Part shown: one piece after another, positions 1-9,355 of the stretch | Layout of the letters: the number at the start of each line of letters is the position of its first letter | How positions within the stretch are numbered: position 1 is the stretch's first letter | Notes under the pieces: generated by a model | The model's input: only the letters and a program-made list of their open reading frames with translations | Told to the model about the DNA's origin: nothing | The model's database searches: none | Made by a program: the position numbers and the translations under genes | Source of the DNA: a virus | Reading direction: 5' to 3' (one strand) | IMG/VR virus record: IMGVR_UViG_3300032308_002092 | Span: 87,208-151,207 of that record | DNA length: 64,000 nucleotides

Positions 1-612
1 GCAGCCATCGTTGATCACAGTCGTGCCGTTAGCGCAAGTGATAGTGGTCTGACCCAGCGAGTTAGTGCCTAGCGTACAGCCGACGCCATCTTTTCCGTCT
101 TTACCATCCTTACCAGCAACACCTGTGTTACCAGTATCGCCTTTGTCACCCTTAGGGCCTTGGAGGAGTTTGTAAGCAGTCGAGTCGGTACAGCGAACCC
201 ATCCGTCTGACGTGACTGTGCAAGACGTTCCGTTAGTTCCATTGGTTCCGTTAGTTCCATTAGCACCCTTGTCGCCTTTATCTCCCTTATCTCCTTTGTC
301 ACCCTTAACGGAGACAAACTCAAATGCCAATCCATTAGGACACTTAACCTTAACCATGCCGCTCTCTACTTTGGAGATGCACTGGTTACAGTCTTTTGAG
401 TTAGGAAAGGCAGGTGGCAGAGCAACTGTTTGACCGCCAGTACATGTAAGCGATGCGCCATCTGGTGTGACTGTGCAAAGCCCGAGTTCTTGGTCCTGCA
501 TGTCTACTGAGCCTTGTGGTGCTTCCTCACCCGGAAGAGGGACAGTCATTGTGGGCTCGCCACCACATGCGGAAATCAACAACGGAACTATAAAAACAAA
601 CCTCTTAAGCAT
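1..612 (-). CDS. Collagen-repeat lipoprotein (runs off window start)
   Basis: Not in the ORF track. ATG at 612 reads MLKRFVFIVPLLISAC (lipobox), then GDKGDKGDKGDKGANGTNGTNGT and GPKGDKGDTGNTG Gly-X-Y repeats; frame open to base 1. Confidence 0.8.
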   Translation of the reverse strand, partial: MLKRFVFIVPLLISACGGEPTMTVPLPGEEAPQGSVDMQDQELGLCTVTPDGASLTCTGGQTVALPPAFPNSKDCNQCISKVESGMVKVKCPNGLAFEFVSVKGDKGDKGDKGDKGANGTNGTNGTNGTSCTVTSDGWVRCTDSTAYKLLQGPKGDKGDTGNTGVAGKDGKDGKDGVGCTLGTNSLGQTTITCANGTTVINDGC

Positions 613-625
613 ACTCTCTCCTTGT

Positions 626-1207
626 TTAGAAATTAAATCCACCGGTTACATAGAAGCTTTGTTGTAAAGTAAAAGCAGCACCAAGCGACAAAGAACTGAA
701 GTCCCTGATATACATAAGCCCGACATCTGGCTCGTACTTGGCTTTAGCGGTTGCGGTACAGCACGAGTCAACCGTGGCATATGGTTGAGTCTTAGACATA
801 CCGAGCAAGAACATCAGTCTGTTTGGGTCAGACACAGTTACCTTCTTGATCTCGGTGCGGATGCGGACGCGTTCGATGTAACGCACTGGAGCTTCCTTCC
901 TAGATCCAGAAGTATCGCCAACGTTGATATTGAAACGGTTCACGTTGATGTTGTTAACATCTGTTTGAACACCGTCTTTGTCACAGCAAGGATCTACCTT
1001 ATCTACGACCTTAATCTCAGGCTTAGCAACCACTGGCTTGACAACCGCAGGCTTAGTAACTACAATGGTCTTCTTTGGCTTAGGCTTTGTCGCTTTTTTA
1101 AGCGGACACGGAGCCTCTGTTTTAGCTTTCTGCTCTGTTGCTTCGCAGACAGAACCCAAAGCAATACTGGGTAAAACCATTAGATACAAAATACCAAGAC
1201 GCTTCAT
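626..1207 (-). CDS. Exported protein with C-terminal amphipathic beta-strands (possible outer-membrane anchor)
   Basis: Signal-peptide-like N-terminus, Lys/Pro-rich linker, ends FYVTGGFNF; SD AAGGAG. Confidence 0.6.
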   Translation of the reverse strand: MKRLGILYLMVLPSIALGSVCEATEQKAKTEAPCPLKKATKPKPKKTIVVTKPAVVKPVVAKPEIKVVDKVDPCCDKDGVQTDVNNINVNRFNINVGDTSGSRKEAPVRYIERVRIRTEIKKVTVSDPNRLMFLLGMSKTQPYATVDSCCTATAKAKYEPDVGLMYIRDFSSLSLGAAFTLQQSFYVTGGFNF

Positions 1208-1217
1208 ACTATCTCCT

Positions 1218-1493
1218 TTACTTGATTTTCCTAAGACGCAACCTAGTACCTGATGGATTGATTCTCTCGTCTTTCGTTAGCGCACTAGACACAGCAGAGC
1301 TGCAGTACTGTGCAAGCTCTTCCTCGCTAGAGTTCTTCTTCGTTGTCAGCTCGCCTGACTTAAAGACATCAAACAGCTTTTGTGCCACTTGGCTTTTAAA
1401 GCTCTTGTTCTTTAAGAGCTCTTCGTCAATACTAAGCTTGAGCTCTTCTGCTAGCTGGCATACGATTTGATAAATAGCTTCTTTTTGCGACAT
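1218..1493 (-). CDS. Short divergent paralogue of the ribozyme-flanked protein family
   Basis: MSQKEAI..FKSGEL..AQYCSSAVSSALTKDERIN aligns by eye with MKQNEAV..FISGEV..RSYASSVVANWFNKAPQIN of 8106-8612. Confidence 0.6.
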   Translation of the reverse strand: MSQKEAIYQIVCQLAEELKLSIDEELLKNKSFKSQVAQKLFDVFKSGELTTKKNSSEEELAQYCSSAVSSALTKDERINPSGTRLRLRKIK

Positions 1494-1526
1494 GGCAATC
1501 TCCTTTGAGGAATGATAAGATCGGAA

Positions 1527-1814
1527 TCATTCGATGTTGTACCCTAGTTCCTTCGCTCGCTTTACGGAAAGGGTTCCTCTCTCTTCTCCAGGTCGCTTGG
1601 TTCGATCTACGCCGTAGCGTTCGAAGTTAACCCACTTGCCATCTAGCTCAGCTAACTGATAAACGATCTGCTGATCGTCGATGAACGAGTGGCCAACGCC
1701 ATGCTGTTTAACCAGAGCCTCTACGGTTTCTTTGTATTCCTCGAAGAACCGCTTAACCTCTGCTTTCTTGCGGTCTAGCTCGACTAATTTAAGATGCAGT
1801 TGTGTTAGTGACAT
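1527..1814 (-). CDS. Hypothetical phage protein
   Basis: ORF with SD AAGGAG, operon packing. Confidence 0.7.
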   Translation of the reverse strand: MSLTQLHLKLVELDRKKAEVKRFFEEYKETVEALVKQHGVGHSFIDDQQIVYQLAELDGKWVNFERYGVDRTKRPGEERGTLSVKRAKELGYNIE

Positions 1815-2205
1815 GATCTTCTCCTTTTAGTAGTGTTTCTATAGCTTTCTCGGTCTCGTAGATGTCTATGAACTTCTGGAAGTCTTTTCTGTAGATTGCA
1901 GAGTCGTGCAAGATGAACCAGGAGTATCCCATTGAGCGATCCGAGGATAGCTTGAAAGGACTACCCAAGCACTTGCGTGCGATTCTAACTGTGCTCAACC
2001 AATCTGCGGTAATATTCCTGCACATCCTACCAGCATCTGAGTACTCGCGAAGGGTACAGTTAGATCTAGATCTAATAGTGTTTCTTTTAGCCGAGGCCTT
2101 GTTCTTGACAACTGCATAGCGAAGCATGGTGATGATGTGTTCGCATGTTGTGTCATTATAGAGATTACGCAGATTACAGGGCTGCAAACCGCAAGACTTG
2201 TGCAT
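1789..2205 (-). CDS. Hypothetical protein
   Basis: SD GGAGG upstream; overlaps next gene. Confidence 0.6.
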   Translation of the reverse strand: MHKSCGLQPCNLRNLYNDTTCEHIITMLRYAVVKNKASAKRNTIRSRSNCTLREYSDAGRMCRNITADWLSTVRIARKCLGSPFKLSSDRSMGYSWFILHDSAIYRKDFQKFIDIYETEKAIETLLKGEDHVTNTTAS

Positions 2206-2245
2206 AACACCTCCGATAGATACTGATGTCTATCGGATCGGGATC

Positions 2246-2821
2246 TTAATCTTTGATTACTGAGAGGTGTCGTGGCTTGGCTAGCTTGGTGGGCTCTGGC
2301 TTCACTTTGGCTTTAGTGGGTTCTTGCTTTGGCTTGGGCTGAACACGTGGCTTAGTTCCATCCATCACGGACATCGCTTGCTTTAGCTGTGCAGCTATGA
2401 CCTCTGACATCTTGGTTGGCTCGCCGTTGAACTGAATCATTGGGTTGTACCCGGAATCGACTGCACGCTGAAGGTGCTCTAATCTCTCTACGTTAAGATT
2501 CATCAGCCTATCTCTAAGGTCGTTCTTATAGAGCGCATGCGAAGCATTTTTGTTAGGTTGCTCTATCTGAGCTAAAAGTTCTTTCATCTCGCTGTGGCTC
2601 TTGTTGGCTGCCTTCATATGTATCTGTGCAGCCTTGGGAACCTCTAGCTCTGCTAGGTGCTCTTTGTAAAAAGCTAGGATGTTGGTCATCATCCTTAGTA
2701 CGTATCTGTGCTTGCTTATCTTGCTAGATAGGTAGTACCAGGCTGTGAGAAAACCTAAAGCAAATGAACCAGAGATTAGTAGTGTAACGGCTACGGCGGT
2801 CTTATCCATGGTTGTGTCCAA
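2246..2821 (-). CDS. Membrane-anchored hypothetical protein
   Basis: N-terminal hydrophobic helix AVAVTLLISGSFALGFLTAWYYL. Confidence 0.65.
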   Translation of the reverse strand: MDTTMDKTAVAVTLLISGSFALGFLTAWYYLSSKISKHRYVLRMMTNILAFYKEHLAELEVPKAAQIHMKAANKSHSEMKELLAQIEQPNKNASHALYKNDLRDRLMNLNVERLEHLQRAVDSGYNPMIQFNGEPTKMSEVIAAQLKQAMSVMDGTKPRVQPKPKQEPTKAKVKPEPTKLAKPRHLSVIKD

Positions 2822-2829
2822 TCACAACT

Positions 2830-3354
2830 TCAATCGTTGTTCTGCTCATCTTCTTGAACCTTAGAGTACACTAGTGCTGCTAACTCAGCTGTTGTTAAGC
2901 CTGTTTTCTTAAGTCTATCCCTGAATTCTTTTAGCTTCTTGGGGTCGGCATTGTGGCGACCTCTGTTCGCCTTCTCTGGGATATGTCTTGTGTTATCAGC
3001 AGCGTACCCATTTGAGTTTTTCTTACGATCTGGGCTCAGCTTTTCTCCCGCTTTCTTCTCTGCGTTCTCGAAGCTACTTGCCAACTTAGCATTAGACTCT
3101 GATTTGCCTTTGGACTTTGGCGTCGCGGTGCCGTTGCCGTGGTTCTCACGGCGGCGCGCCTGTTGCGCCTTATTCTGGGCCCTTTCCGGGTGTCCCACTG
3201 TCTGCCTGGCTGAGTTGAGCTTCTTCCTACATGCCCCGCATCTGACACCAGGTCCACCACCTGGGACGTCGGTATTGCATCTAACGCACTTAGATTTCTC
3301 AAGTATTTCGTTTGCCATCTTGTTTATTTTCTCTGAGAGATCTAAGTCGTCCAC
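2830..3354 (-). CDS. Zn-finger / HNH-like protein
   Basis: CVRC..CGAC and SPDRKKNSNGYAADNTRHI..ANR, resembling the DRxxNxxGYxxDN beta-beta-alpha motif; SD GGAGG and GGTATAAT upstream. Confidence 0.5.
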   Translation of the reverse strand: MDDLDLSEKINKMANEILEKSKCVRCNTDVPGGGPGVRCGACRKKLNSARQTVGHPERAQNKAQQARRRENHGNGTATPKSKGKSESNAKLASSFENAEKKAGEKLSPDRKKNSNGYAADNTRHIPEKANRGRHNADPKKLKEFRDRLKKTGLTTAELAALVYSKVQEDEQNND

Positions 3355-3403
3355 GTGAAACCTCCGATAATAGCTATACTATTATACCACCGACACTGCC
3401 TCG

Positions 3404-3586
3404 TCAGTCTTGCTCTAAATGCTTGTATTTATTGAGAGTATAAGTTAGGCGCTTCATGATCTCTGTTATCACGGTCTTGAACTCTGAACTAGAAGATACA
3501 TCCGCCAATACGTCATAGTATAGGTCAGATTGGTTCTCTATGTGCTTCATCGCTTCTTTCTTTAGTTCTTGCTTTGTTGCGTTCAT
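3404..3586 (-). CDS. Hypothetical protein
   Basis: ORF in tightly packed operon. Confidence 0.5.
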   Translation of the reverse strand: MNATKQELKKEAMKHIENQSDLYYDVLADVSSSSEFKTVITEIMKRLTYTLNKYKHLEQD

Positions 3587-3752
3587 TCATTATCCTCGCG
3601 TATAGGTAGTACTCTAAGTATAGAACTCTGTCGAAGTTGTAGCCAAAGGTGTTCTCAAATATCGTCTCTGGCTCTATCAGCTCGAGATCTTTTAGCATGA
3701 TGATTAGGGCCATTAATAGGCTTCTGGGTTCGTCTCTATTTAGAACCATTGG

Positions 3753-4028
3753 TTATCCAAGTTTCATGGACAGATCATCTACTGACTTAAATGGGATTAT
3801 ACTTCTCTGATCTTGGTCCCAGGTGCATTCGTACACGCGACCGTTGCGAGTCACTACGCCCACCATGAAGCCATTGTCCTCTATATCGGTTACTATAGCA
3901 ATTCGATCGTCTTTCGTGTACCACATGCCTAGCAAATCAAACTCGTCAGGCTCGGTCGGCATGTCTTCAATCACTACATCTAATTCGACTAACTTCAGGT
4001 GTGAGTACTTCGTGTCTCTCAGATTCAT
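3753..4028 (-). CDS. Hypothetical protein
   Basis: SD AGGAG, operon packing. Confidence 0.65.
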   Translation of the reverse strand: MNLRDTKYSHLKLVELDVVIEDMPTEPDEFDLLGMWYTKDDRIAIVTDIEDNGFMVGVVTRNGRVYECTWDQDQRSIIPFKSVDDLSMKLG

Positions 4029-4174
4029 CTAAAACTCCTAGTGGTTTACAAACGTCTTCTAGGAGAAACAACCCACGATACAACATCGACCATCCGGTCT
4101 CGGTACGGAACTTAAACCAGACGAAGTCATTGACCTCTCCGCCTAGTGGTAGCACTATCTGCTTACCATTCAAC

Positions 4175-4663
4175 TCATAGAGAGACATCGGCTCCAACAT
4201 TAAGCCGCTCATACTCCCTCCTCTTCCTCTCGTTGACTATAGCCATGGTTGCTAACTTGTCTGCCATCTCGTTGTACTGGTCACCAGAGTGACCCTTAAC
4301 CCACTTAAACACCAGATCTCTTTGATCTATCATCGATAGGATTTTTACCCAGATATCTTTATGGGCTATTGGATTTCCGTTGGCGGTCTTCCAGTTTCTC
4401 TTGATCCACCCGTCGGTCCAACCTTTGTTTATAGAGTTCACGATGTACTGCGAGTCGGTGTAGACCGTAGTTTTAGTCTTAGGGTCGACACGCTTTAGGC
4501 CTTCGTGTACCGCAGAAAGTTCGCAAAAGTTGTTGGTAGTGTTCTCTGAAACGTATCCGCAGTGTTGAGCCACTTGCCCACTAGGGTAGATTATTACACA
4601 ACCCCACGAGCCCTCTCCGGGATTCGGAGAGCAGGCGCCGTCGGTGTAAAGCAGTATCGTCAT
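4175..4663 (-). CDS. rnhA: Ribonuclease HI
   Basis: YTDGACSPNPG, TNNFCEL, TDSQY, WVKGHSG, NEMADKLA: all RNase HI catalytic motifs. Confidence 0.96.
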   Translation of the reverse strand: MTILLYTDGACSPNPGEGSWGCVIIYPSGQVAQHCGYVSENTTNNFCELSAVHEGLKRVDPKTKTTVYTDSQYIVNSINKGWTDGWIKRNWKTANGNPIAHKDIWVKILSMIDQRDLVFKWVKGHSGDQYNEMADKLATMAIVNERKRREYERLNVGADVSL

Positions 4664-4875
4664 ACTTGTTTTGCTTTGATGTAACCTAAGAGCATCTTGT
4701 CATACTCGCTTAGGTTAAAGGTTACCTTGATCTTTTGAGAGATGAGCATTAACTCGTACGCTAATCTCTCTTGCTCTCTTTGTCTTTGCAGTCTTTCGCC
4801 ACTGTACTCGTTGTCGTAGTTACCATAATACTCAGGCTCTTCGTACGTGCCGTAGCCTTGGTAAGTACTATACAT
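4660..4875 (-). CDS. Hypothetical protein
   Basis: Start/stop overlap with neighbours. Confidence 0.6.
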   Translation of the reverse strand: MYSTYQGYGTYEEPEYYGNYDNEYSGERLQRQREQERLAYELMLISQKIKVTFNLSEYDKMLLGYIKAKQV

Positions 4876-5314
4876 TTTGCTTAGCCAGTGGTTTGTAAGA
4901 GAACTTATCTTTCCACGCTAGTCGTTGAGCTTCCGACCATGGTCCGCCACCTTCTTCGATGATCTTGGCTCTTTGCGCAAGCCATCGATCGCCATCCGAG
5001 GACTTATTGACTTGCTTTATGAACGGAGAGTCCTCAATTGGGACTAGGTAACCTTCCTTACCCTTCCTTAGAGTGATCTCTAGCGATTCGCTTGTTTCCA
5101 CGAAGAGCCTTAGATCTTCTAGACTGCACTCATAGTAGGTACTGCCACCAGCTTGGTGACCTAGTCTGATCTTAGTCACAGAGGCGTTCTCGTCTGCAAT
5201 CTCTTCGATGTCATCCATGCACAGAAAAAGAGTATTCTTGGTTGTATGTAACTTAGATGTCATAAATAGAATGTTACCGGTAACTTCGTATCCGCTTTTC
5301 AAAACTTTCTCCAA
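4868..5314 (-). CDS. Hypothetical protein
   Basis: 148-aa ORF; start uncertain. Confidence 0.6.
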   Translation of the reverse strand: MEKVLKSGYEVTGNILFMTSKLHTTKNTLFLCMDDIEEIADENASVTKIRLGHQAGGSTYYECSLEDLRLFVETSESLEITLRKGKEGYLVPIEDSPFIKQVNKSSDGDRWLAQRAKIIEEGGGPWSEAQRLAWKDKFSYKPLAKQNV

Positions 5315-5358
5315 TGCTGTTACTATTCGGTCTGGATGATATGATATCGGAATCGATA

Positions 5359-5703
5359 CTAATCTGGTGGTAGTTTGACTTTATACGCCGTATATGTGAT
5401 CGTTGGGAACCTGTAGGGGAACAAGAAACTCGAGAAGAAAGGATCTTGAGAATGGTCGCGGACTTTAAACGGTACTGGCTCGACAATGAAGCCATTGTCA
5501 TTGAGGTCTTCTAAGCAACCGTCGTAGTAAGACAGACCCTCTTTTCCTGACCATGTTAGAGACTTGTCCCGGGGAAATATTACTGGTGTCTTGCCCTCCA
5601 ATAGGACAGTCTCTACGTCTTTGAGTAGCTTCTCTCTAACTTCTTTATTTCGCTCTAACCTATTATTTTCAATCTGACTTTTAATCTTCTGAGCAAGATT
5701 CAT
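5359..5703 (-). CDS. Hypothetical protein
   Basis: SD AAGGAGG. Confidence 0.7.
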   Translation of the reverse strand: MNLAQKIKSQIENNRLERNKEVREKLLKDVETVLLEGKTPVIFPRDKSLTWSGKEGLSYYDGCLEDLNDNGFIVEPVPFKVRDHSQDPFFSSFLFPYRFPTITYTAYKVKLPPD

Positions 5704-5766
5704 ATTTACCTCCTTCTTTCTTGCTGTAGGTAAAATAAGCTACCTATGAATTTGTAAACCCCCACC

Positions 5767-5967
5767 TTAATCTTTTGTATCTTTGCCTCTGAAGATATCT
5801 CTGTAGTACTTAATGTCCTGCAGCTGACGCATGCGGTTAATATCATCTGCCATCCTGCGTCTGTCTTGCTCTTCGGAAGAGCCGTAGCTGCCGCGACCTA
5901 GGAATATAGGTATCATGCCAATCAATATAAAAACTGCCAACAATATAAAAAATACGTCCGTGCTCAT
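5767..5967 (-). CDS. Small membrane protein
   Basis: Single N-terminal TM helix, SD GAGGA. Confidence 0.6.
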   Translation of the reverse strand: MSTDVFFILLAVFILIGMIPIFLGRGSYGSSEEQDRRRMADDINRMRQLQDIKYYRDIFRGKDTKD

Positions 5968-5987
5968 TAATCCTCTAATTGAGATGG

Positions 5988-6137
5988 GTGAAGGGTGGGA
6001 ACCGCGTAGCCCAAGCTTCGAACTTGAAGGTACCGTTCCCTCTACGCAACTTAGGCGCGCGTAGCCTATCTAAGAACAACCCGGGGTTTTAAGTCCTTCG
6101 ATTCTTAGGGACAGCCTATGCTTTCTTCTCCCCTCAC
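5988..6137. ncRNA. Candidate structured non-coding RNA
   Basis: Intergenic. Ends pair (GTGAAGGG..CCCCTCAC, GGGAA..TTCTT, GCGTAG..CTATGC); internal stems CTAAGAA/TTCTTAG, TAGGC/GCCTA, CAAG/CTTG. Confidence 0.4.
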
Positions 6138-6165
6138 ATATTTGGGGCTTGCACGGACGCATCCG

Positions 6166-6672
6166 TCAAAGAGTCTTAAAGAGATTCTTATTGGATTTAT
6201 ACTCGTAAAAGAAATCATTAAGTAATTTCTCAACACCCCCTGCTTCACGTATTTCACTTAGTGTTAGTGTATATGTTCTCATTATGTGAGGTGCTGGACC
6301 TTCATTATGGTCTATGAAGAAGTAACAATGTATTAACTCATGATAAACTATTTGTTTAACCTCCTCCTCAGAGAGGTTTAGAGCATCAACAAAGCTTACT
6401 ATTATTAACGGCATTATGTATATGCCCATCACGCCTATGGCTTGACACGTGCCTACTGCGGTTTTGTCCGGCATATTTCCAAAGACTATTTGCGGTCTCT
6501 CTTTAGTAGAGCAGCTTAAGCCGTGACTATCGCATGTGGTGATAAAGCGGTCTACCAAGTCTTCTAGAAAGACATCAGATTTTCTTGGCCCATCATACCT
6601 AGTGGTGCAGCAAGATGCTAAGATAGAGTAGAGTATGATAAGTATTTTTATTCGATAGTGCAGTCTATACAA
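6166..6672 (-). CDS. Putative exported zinc metallopeptidase
   Basis: Hydrophobic N-terminus ending ASCC; HELIHCYFFIDH (HExxHxxxxxH) followed by Met-turn-like HIM. Confidence 0.75.
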   Translation of the reverse strand: MYRLHYRIKILIILYSILASCCTTRYDGPRKSDVFLEDLVDRFITTCDSHGLSCSTKERPQIVFGNMPDKTAVGTCQAIGVMGIYIMPLIIVSFVDALNLSEEEVKQIVYHELIHCYFFIDHNEGPAPHIMRTYTLTLSEIREAGGVEKLLNDFFYEYKSNKNLFKTL

Positions 6673-7024
6673 GGAGCGTCCTTCTTATTATCTCGTCTGT
6701 TATTAGTTTTGCTGCCTCTTTGTGTATCACAGAGTTGTCGCGTGGCACAGTGGTTACCCTATCTATGGACCCACTGGAACTCAATAGCAACACATTCACC
6801 TGATCTCCATTGGAGCTTAGTTGTATTACTTTAGCGTAATGGTTTCCGTAGCTGCAGTAAACAAACGGAGAATCTCCATAGCCTTCGCACAACCAGAAGT
6901 GCCAGTCGTCGCGAAGAAGAGAATTAGGAGGCATAGACACGTCAGGTTTGGTCTTAGGACGAGTGAACACTATTGTGTCTTCACCGTCTAGTCCTTTGAT
7001 TGTCTTAATCGATGAATTTGCCAT
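6665..7024 (-). CDS. Hypothetical protein
   Basis: ORF overlapping next gene. Confidence 0.6.
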   Translation of the reverse strand: MANSSIKTIKGLDGEDTIVFTRPKTKPDVSMPPNSLLRDDWHFWLCEGYGDSPFVYCSYGNHYAKVIQLSSNGDQVNVLLLSSSGSIDRVTTVPRDNSVIHKEAAKLITDEIIRRTLLV

Positions 7025-7187
7025 CTTTTATACAATGCCCCCTGAAGTAGTAGCCTTGTTTATCTAGGCACTCTTTTCTGTCTTGATCGATACACGACTT
7101 CACCATAAATAGAAACATCACAGAAACTAAGATCGTCAGCGCCAAGCTGTATGCAAACCTTGTCACGTAATTGTCCTTATCCATAGC

Positions 7188-7976
7188 CTACTCTTGTTGT
7201 GCTTTATTGAGATGGTCGGCAGCTGCTCTAGTCCACTCCACGTAGATTTGATCAGGGTACAGTCTGCCGAACCACGTTATGTCGCAGCCCGGAGTCCAGA
7301 AGTACCAGTTCCAGGTAGGGTGGTCGTTTAGCGCGTTGTTCCTAGCTGCTTTAGATCTGTTTGCTTCTTCTTGTAGCTTTTGCAGATCACCTTTTAGGTA
7401 GTAAAGTACTGCGTCTTCCATGCCTCTTATTGTTTCAAAGGCTTTGAGAACGTGTTTCTCCCATAGTTTACCAACGCCGTGTTGTCTATTGAGCATCAGC
7501 GTAGCATAAACTAAGTTCAACTGGTAGTGCTTGTAGACTGTAAGTGCCTCAATCAAAGCAAGTGGGCCTCTCAACCAATTGAGCAAGAAGTACCATATGA
7601 TGCGCCAGCCAGCAAAGTGCATCTTTAGCTTAAGGGTTGGGATACAGGCTATCAGCTGAGCAAACCCCAGTACTCCCAGCTTGTTTCGGCCATCTGTGGA
7701 CGACGGTGTTATCAGCCCACCAGTTTTAACTACGTATCTAAGCATAAGGATGTGGTCGATGGTTGACCCGCCAAGCATAGCACCTAGGAACATGTCCCTG
7801 CTAGATGAGTTTGGGTAATCCTTTTGCGCTATTGCCGCTTCTGGGTTGCGCCAGACTCTGCCGTCTCGGTCAATGCACTGAGACACGTATAGAGATGCTT
7901 CGTAGTCGCCAACATGAGAAAACATCCCTGCGTATAGGGTGCTGTCGCCATGTACTTCTTTGTATTTTGGGTTCAT
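7188..7976 (-). CDS. Hypothetical protein (late-type promoter)
   Basis: 262 aa, SD AGGAGG, GGTATAAC upstream. Confidence 0.75.
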   Translation of the reverse strand: MNPKYKEVHGDSTLYAGMFSHVGDYEASLYVSQCIDRDGRVWRNPEAAIAQKDYPNSSSRDMFLGAMLGGSTIDHILMLRYVVKTGGLITPSSTDGRNKLGVLGFAQLIACIPTLKLKMHFAGWRIIWYFLLNWLRGPLALIEALTVYKHYQLNLVYATLMLNRQHGVGKLWEKHVLKAFETIRGMEDAVLYYLKGDLQKLQEEANRSKAARNNALNDHPTWNWYFWTPGCDITWFGRLYPDQIYVEWTRAAADHLNKAQQE

Positions 7977-8027
7977 ATATCCTCCTACTCAGGGTTATAC
8001 CGAGAGGGTGGGGTGGTGTGGGCGCGC

Positions 8028-8041
8028 CGTAGCAGTGTCAG
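8028..8041 (+). repeat. CGTAGCAGTGTCAG box, copy 1 of 5
   Basis: Same 14-mer at 16045, 17705 (1 mismatch), 18999, 20258, all in the same orientation. Confidence 0.85.
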
Positions 8042-8045
8042 GTGT

Positions 8046-8105
8046 AGACTCGTCAGTCGCGTATACAACGCGAGACCAAGAGCGTGGCTACTCTTGGTTT
8101 CGTCT
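8046..8105 (-). ncRNA. Type II hammerhead ribozyme HH1 (3' of gene 8106-8612)
   Basis: Minus strand AGAC-GAAA-CCAAGAG(TAGCCACG)CTCTTGG-TC|TCGCGT(TGTAT)ACGCGA-CTGACGA-GTCT: full core, three perfect stems, GUC site; cleavage 8074/8073. Confidence 0.93.
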
Positions 8106-8612
8106 TTAGCCAACCAAAGCCCTAAGGTGCTCTGGGATTGAGGAGAGGTCGAGTTGCTTTGCTTTGTTTTGGCGAGGGGTCTTAGCTGGCTTGCTAGCTA
8201 CCATCTCAGCCCTAACATTAGCAATGAAGTTTTTCACTTCAACGATCTTAGTTTCTTCTGCGCCTGAAGCAATAAGATTCTTGAGTACCTCAGTTGCTTG
8301 CTTGATCTGTGGGTTAGTACGGCTACCAGGGTTTTTAGCTTCATACTTGCCGCCGCCGTTGATCTGAGGTGCCTTATTGAACCAGTTAGCTACGACGCTA
8401 GAAGCGTAAGACCTGAGTGCTTTGTCGTCATCTAGCTTACCAGCCGAGCGCTGTGCCAAGACGACTTCGCCAGAAATGAAGCCTTCAAGCATAAGGCTAA
8501 CGATCTCACGACGTTGCTCTTCAGTTACGTACGAAGAAATGGGGGCACTACTATTAAAACTAGAACCAAGGACCTGCTTAGTATACGTTACGACCGCTTC
8601 ATTTTGTTTCAT
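8106..8612 (-). CDS. Ribozyme-flanked family protein, paralogue A
   Basis: ATG 8612 with SD AGGAG; shares NWxxKxPxxNGGxKxxxKNPGSR and C-terminal xSxxPEHLxxLVG with 16919-17365 and 20305-20754. Confidence 0.85.
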   Translation of the reverse strand: MKQNEAVVTYTKQVLGSSFNSSAPISSYVTEEQRREIVSLMLEGFISGEVVLAQRSAGKLDDDKALRSYASSVVANWFNKAPQINGGGKYEAKNPGSRTNPQIKQATEVLKNLIASGAEETKIVEVKNFIANVRAEMVASKPAKTPRQNKAKQLDLSSIPEHLRALVG

Positions 8613-8636
8613 GGTAAAACTCCTATATAGAAACAT

Positions 8637-8693
8637 TGACTCATCAGTGCTGGAACCTACCAGCAGATACCCTTGGTATCGGGTATTTCGTCA
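8637..8693 (-). ncRNA. Type II hammerhead ribozyme HH2 (5' of gene 8106-8612)
   Basis: TGAC-GAAA-TACCC(GATACCAA)GGGTA-TC|TGCTGG(TAGGTT)CCAGCA-CTGATGA-GTCA; AUC site; cleavage 8666/8665. Confidence 0.93.
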
Positions 8694-8909
8694 TTAGTCT
8701 ATTGCTGCGTAGTCATCTGGGAAGAAGGTTTCTTCTTCCATCTGACGGCTATTGAAGTCTAGCTGCTCATACACATCGTCTTCATAGTCGGACAAATAGA
8801 TATAATCTTGGTTGATTTGCACCGTGTTCACGACCATACCATCGGGCATAACCACGGTTGAATTAGGATCTTGTTGCGAAAGAATCTTAATGAGTTCTGA
8901 AACCAGCAT
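8694..8909 (-). CDS. Small acidic hypothetical protein
   Basis: MLVSELIKILSQQDPN start, SD AAGGAGG. Confidence 0.7.
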   Translation of the reverse strand: MLVSELIKILSQQDPNSTVVMPDGMVVNTVQINQDYIYLSDYEDDVYEQLDFNSRQMEEETFFPDDYAAID

Positions 8910-8950
8910 ATCAAACCTCCTTTATTTACTTGTGCATATTGATTCGGGAA

Positions 8951-9355
8951 TCATGACCTGAGTGTTAGTCTAGTTCCATCTGGCATCGTCGTATAGCTTA
9001 CGTCGGATGGTAAGGCACTGGTCACTCTAGTGAAGGTTTCTAGTTGCTTGCCTTTACCATCGAACGATCGCGCGCAGCCTGTGCCATCACACAAGATGAA
9101 TGAGTCTTGGTTGTAAGTCTGAGCCATGCTCTTCATCAAGTCAAACAACGACCAGCCTATGGTGTTAGGCGAACCACTTACAAGCCAAACATTCTCCATC
9201 TGATCTTTGTAAGATCCTCTGACGTACGTAGTTTTAAACCCATTCATCCTAATGAAGAAGCCTAGCTGCTCATGATCCTGCATATTTCTAATGTCGTCTT
9301 TGTCGCTTTTGTCTGCGGAGATCAGAGCGAAGATAGTATCTAAATCTAGTTTCAT
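8951..9355 (-). CDS. Hypothetical phage protein
   Basis: ALISAD..GSYK..AQTYNQDSFI pattern (DUF3293-like, tentative). Confidence 0.6.
   Translation of the reverse strand: MKLDLDTIFALISADKSDKDDIRNMQDHEQLGFFIRMNGFKTTYVRGSYKDQMENVWLVSGSPNTIGWSLFDLMKSMAQTYNQDSFILCDGTGCARSFDGKGKQLETFTRVTSALPSDVSYTTMPDGTRLTLRS

Noticed and set aside
3395-3410. CTGACGA at a stop codon
   Set aside because: No GAAA or stem partners nearby
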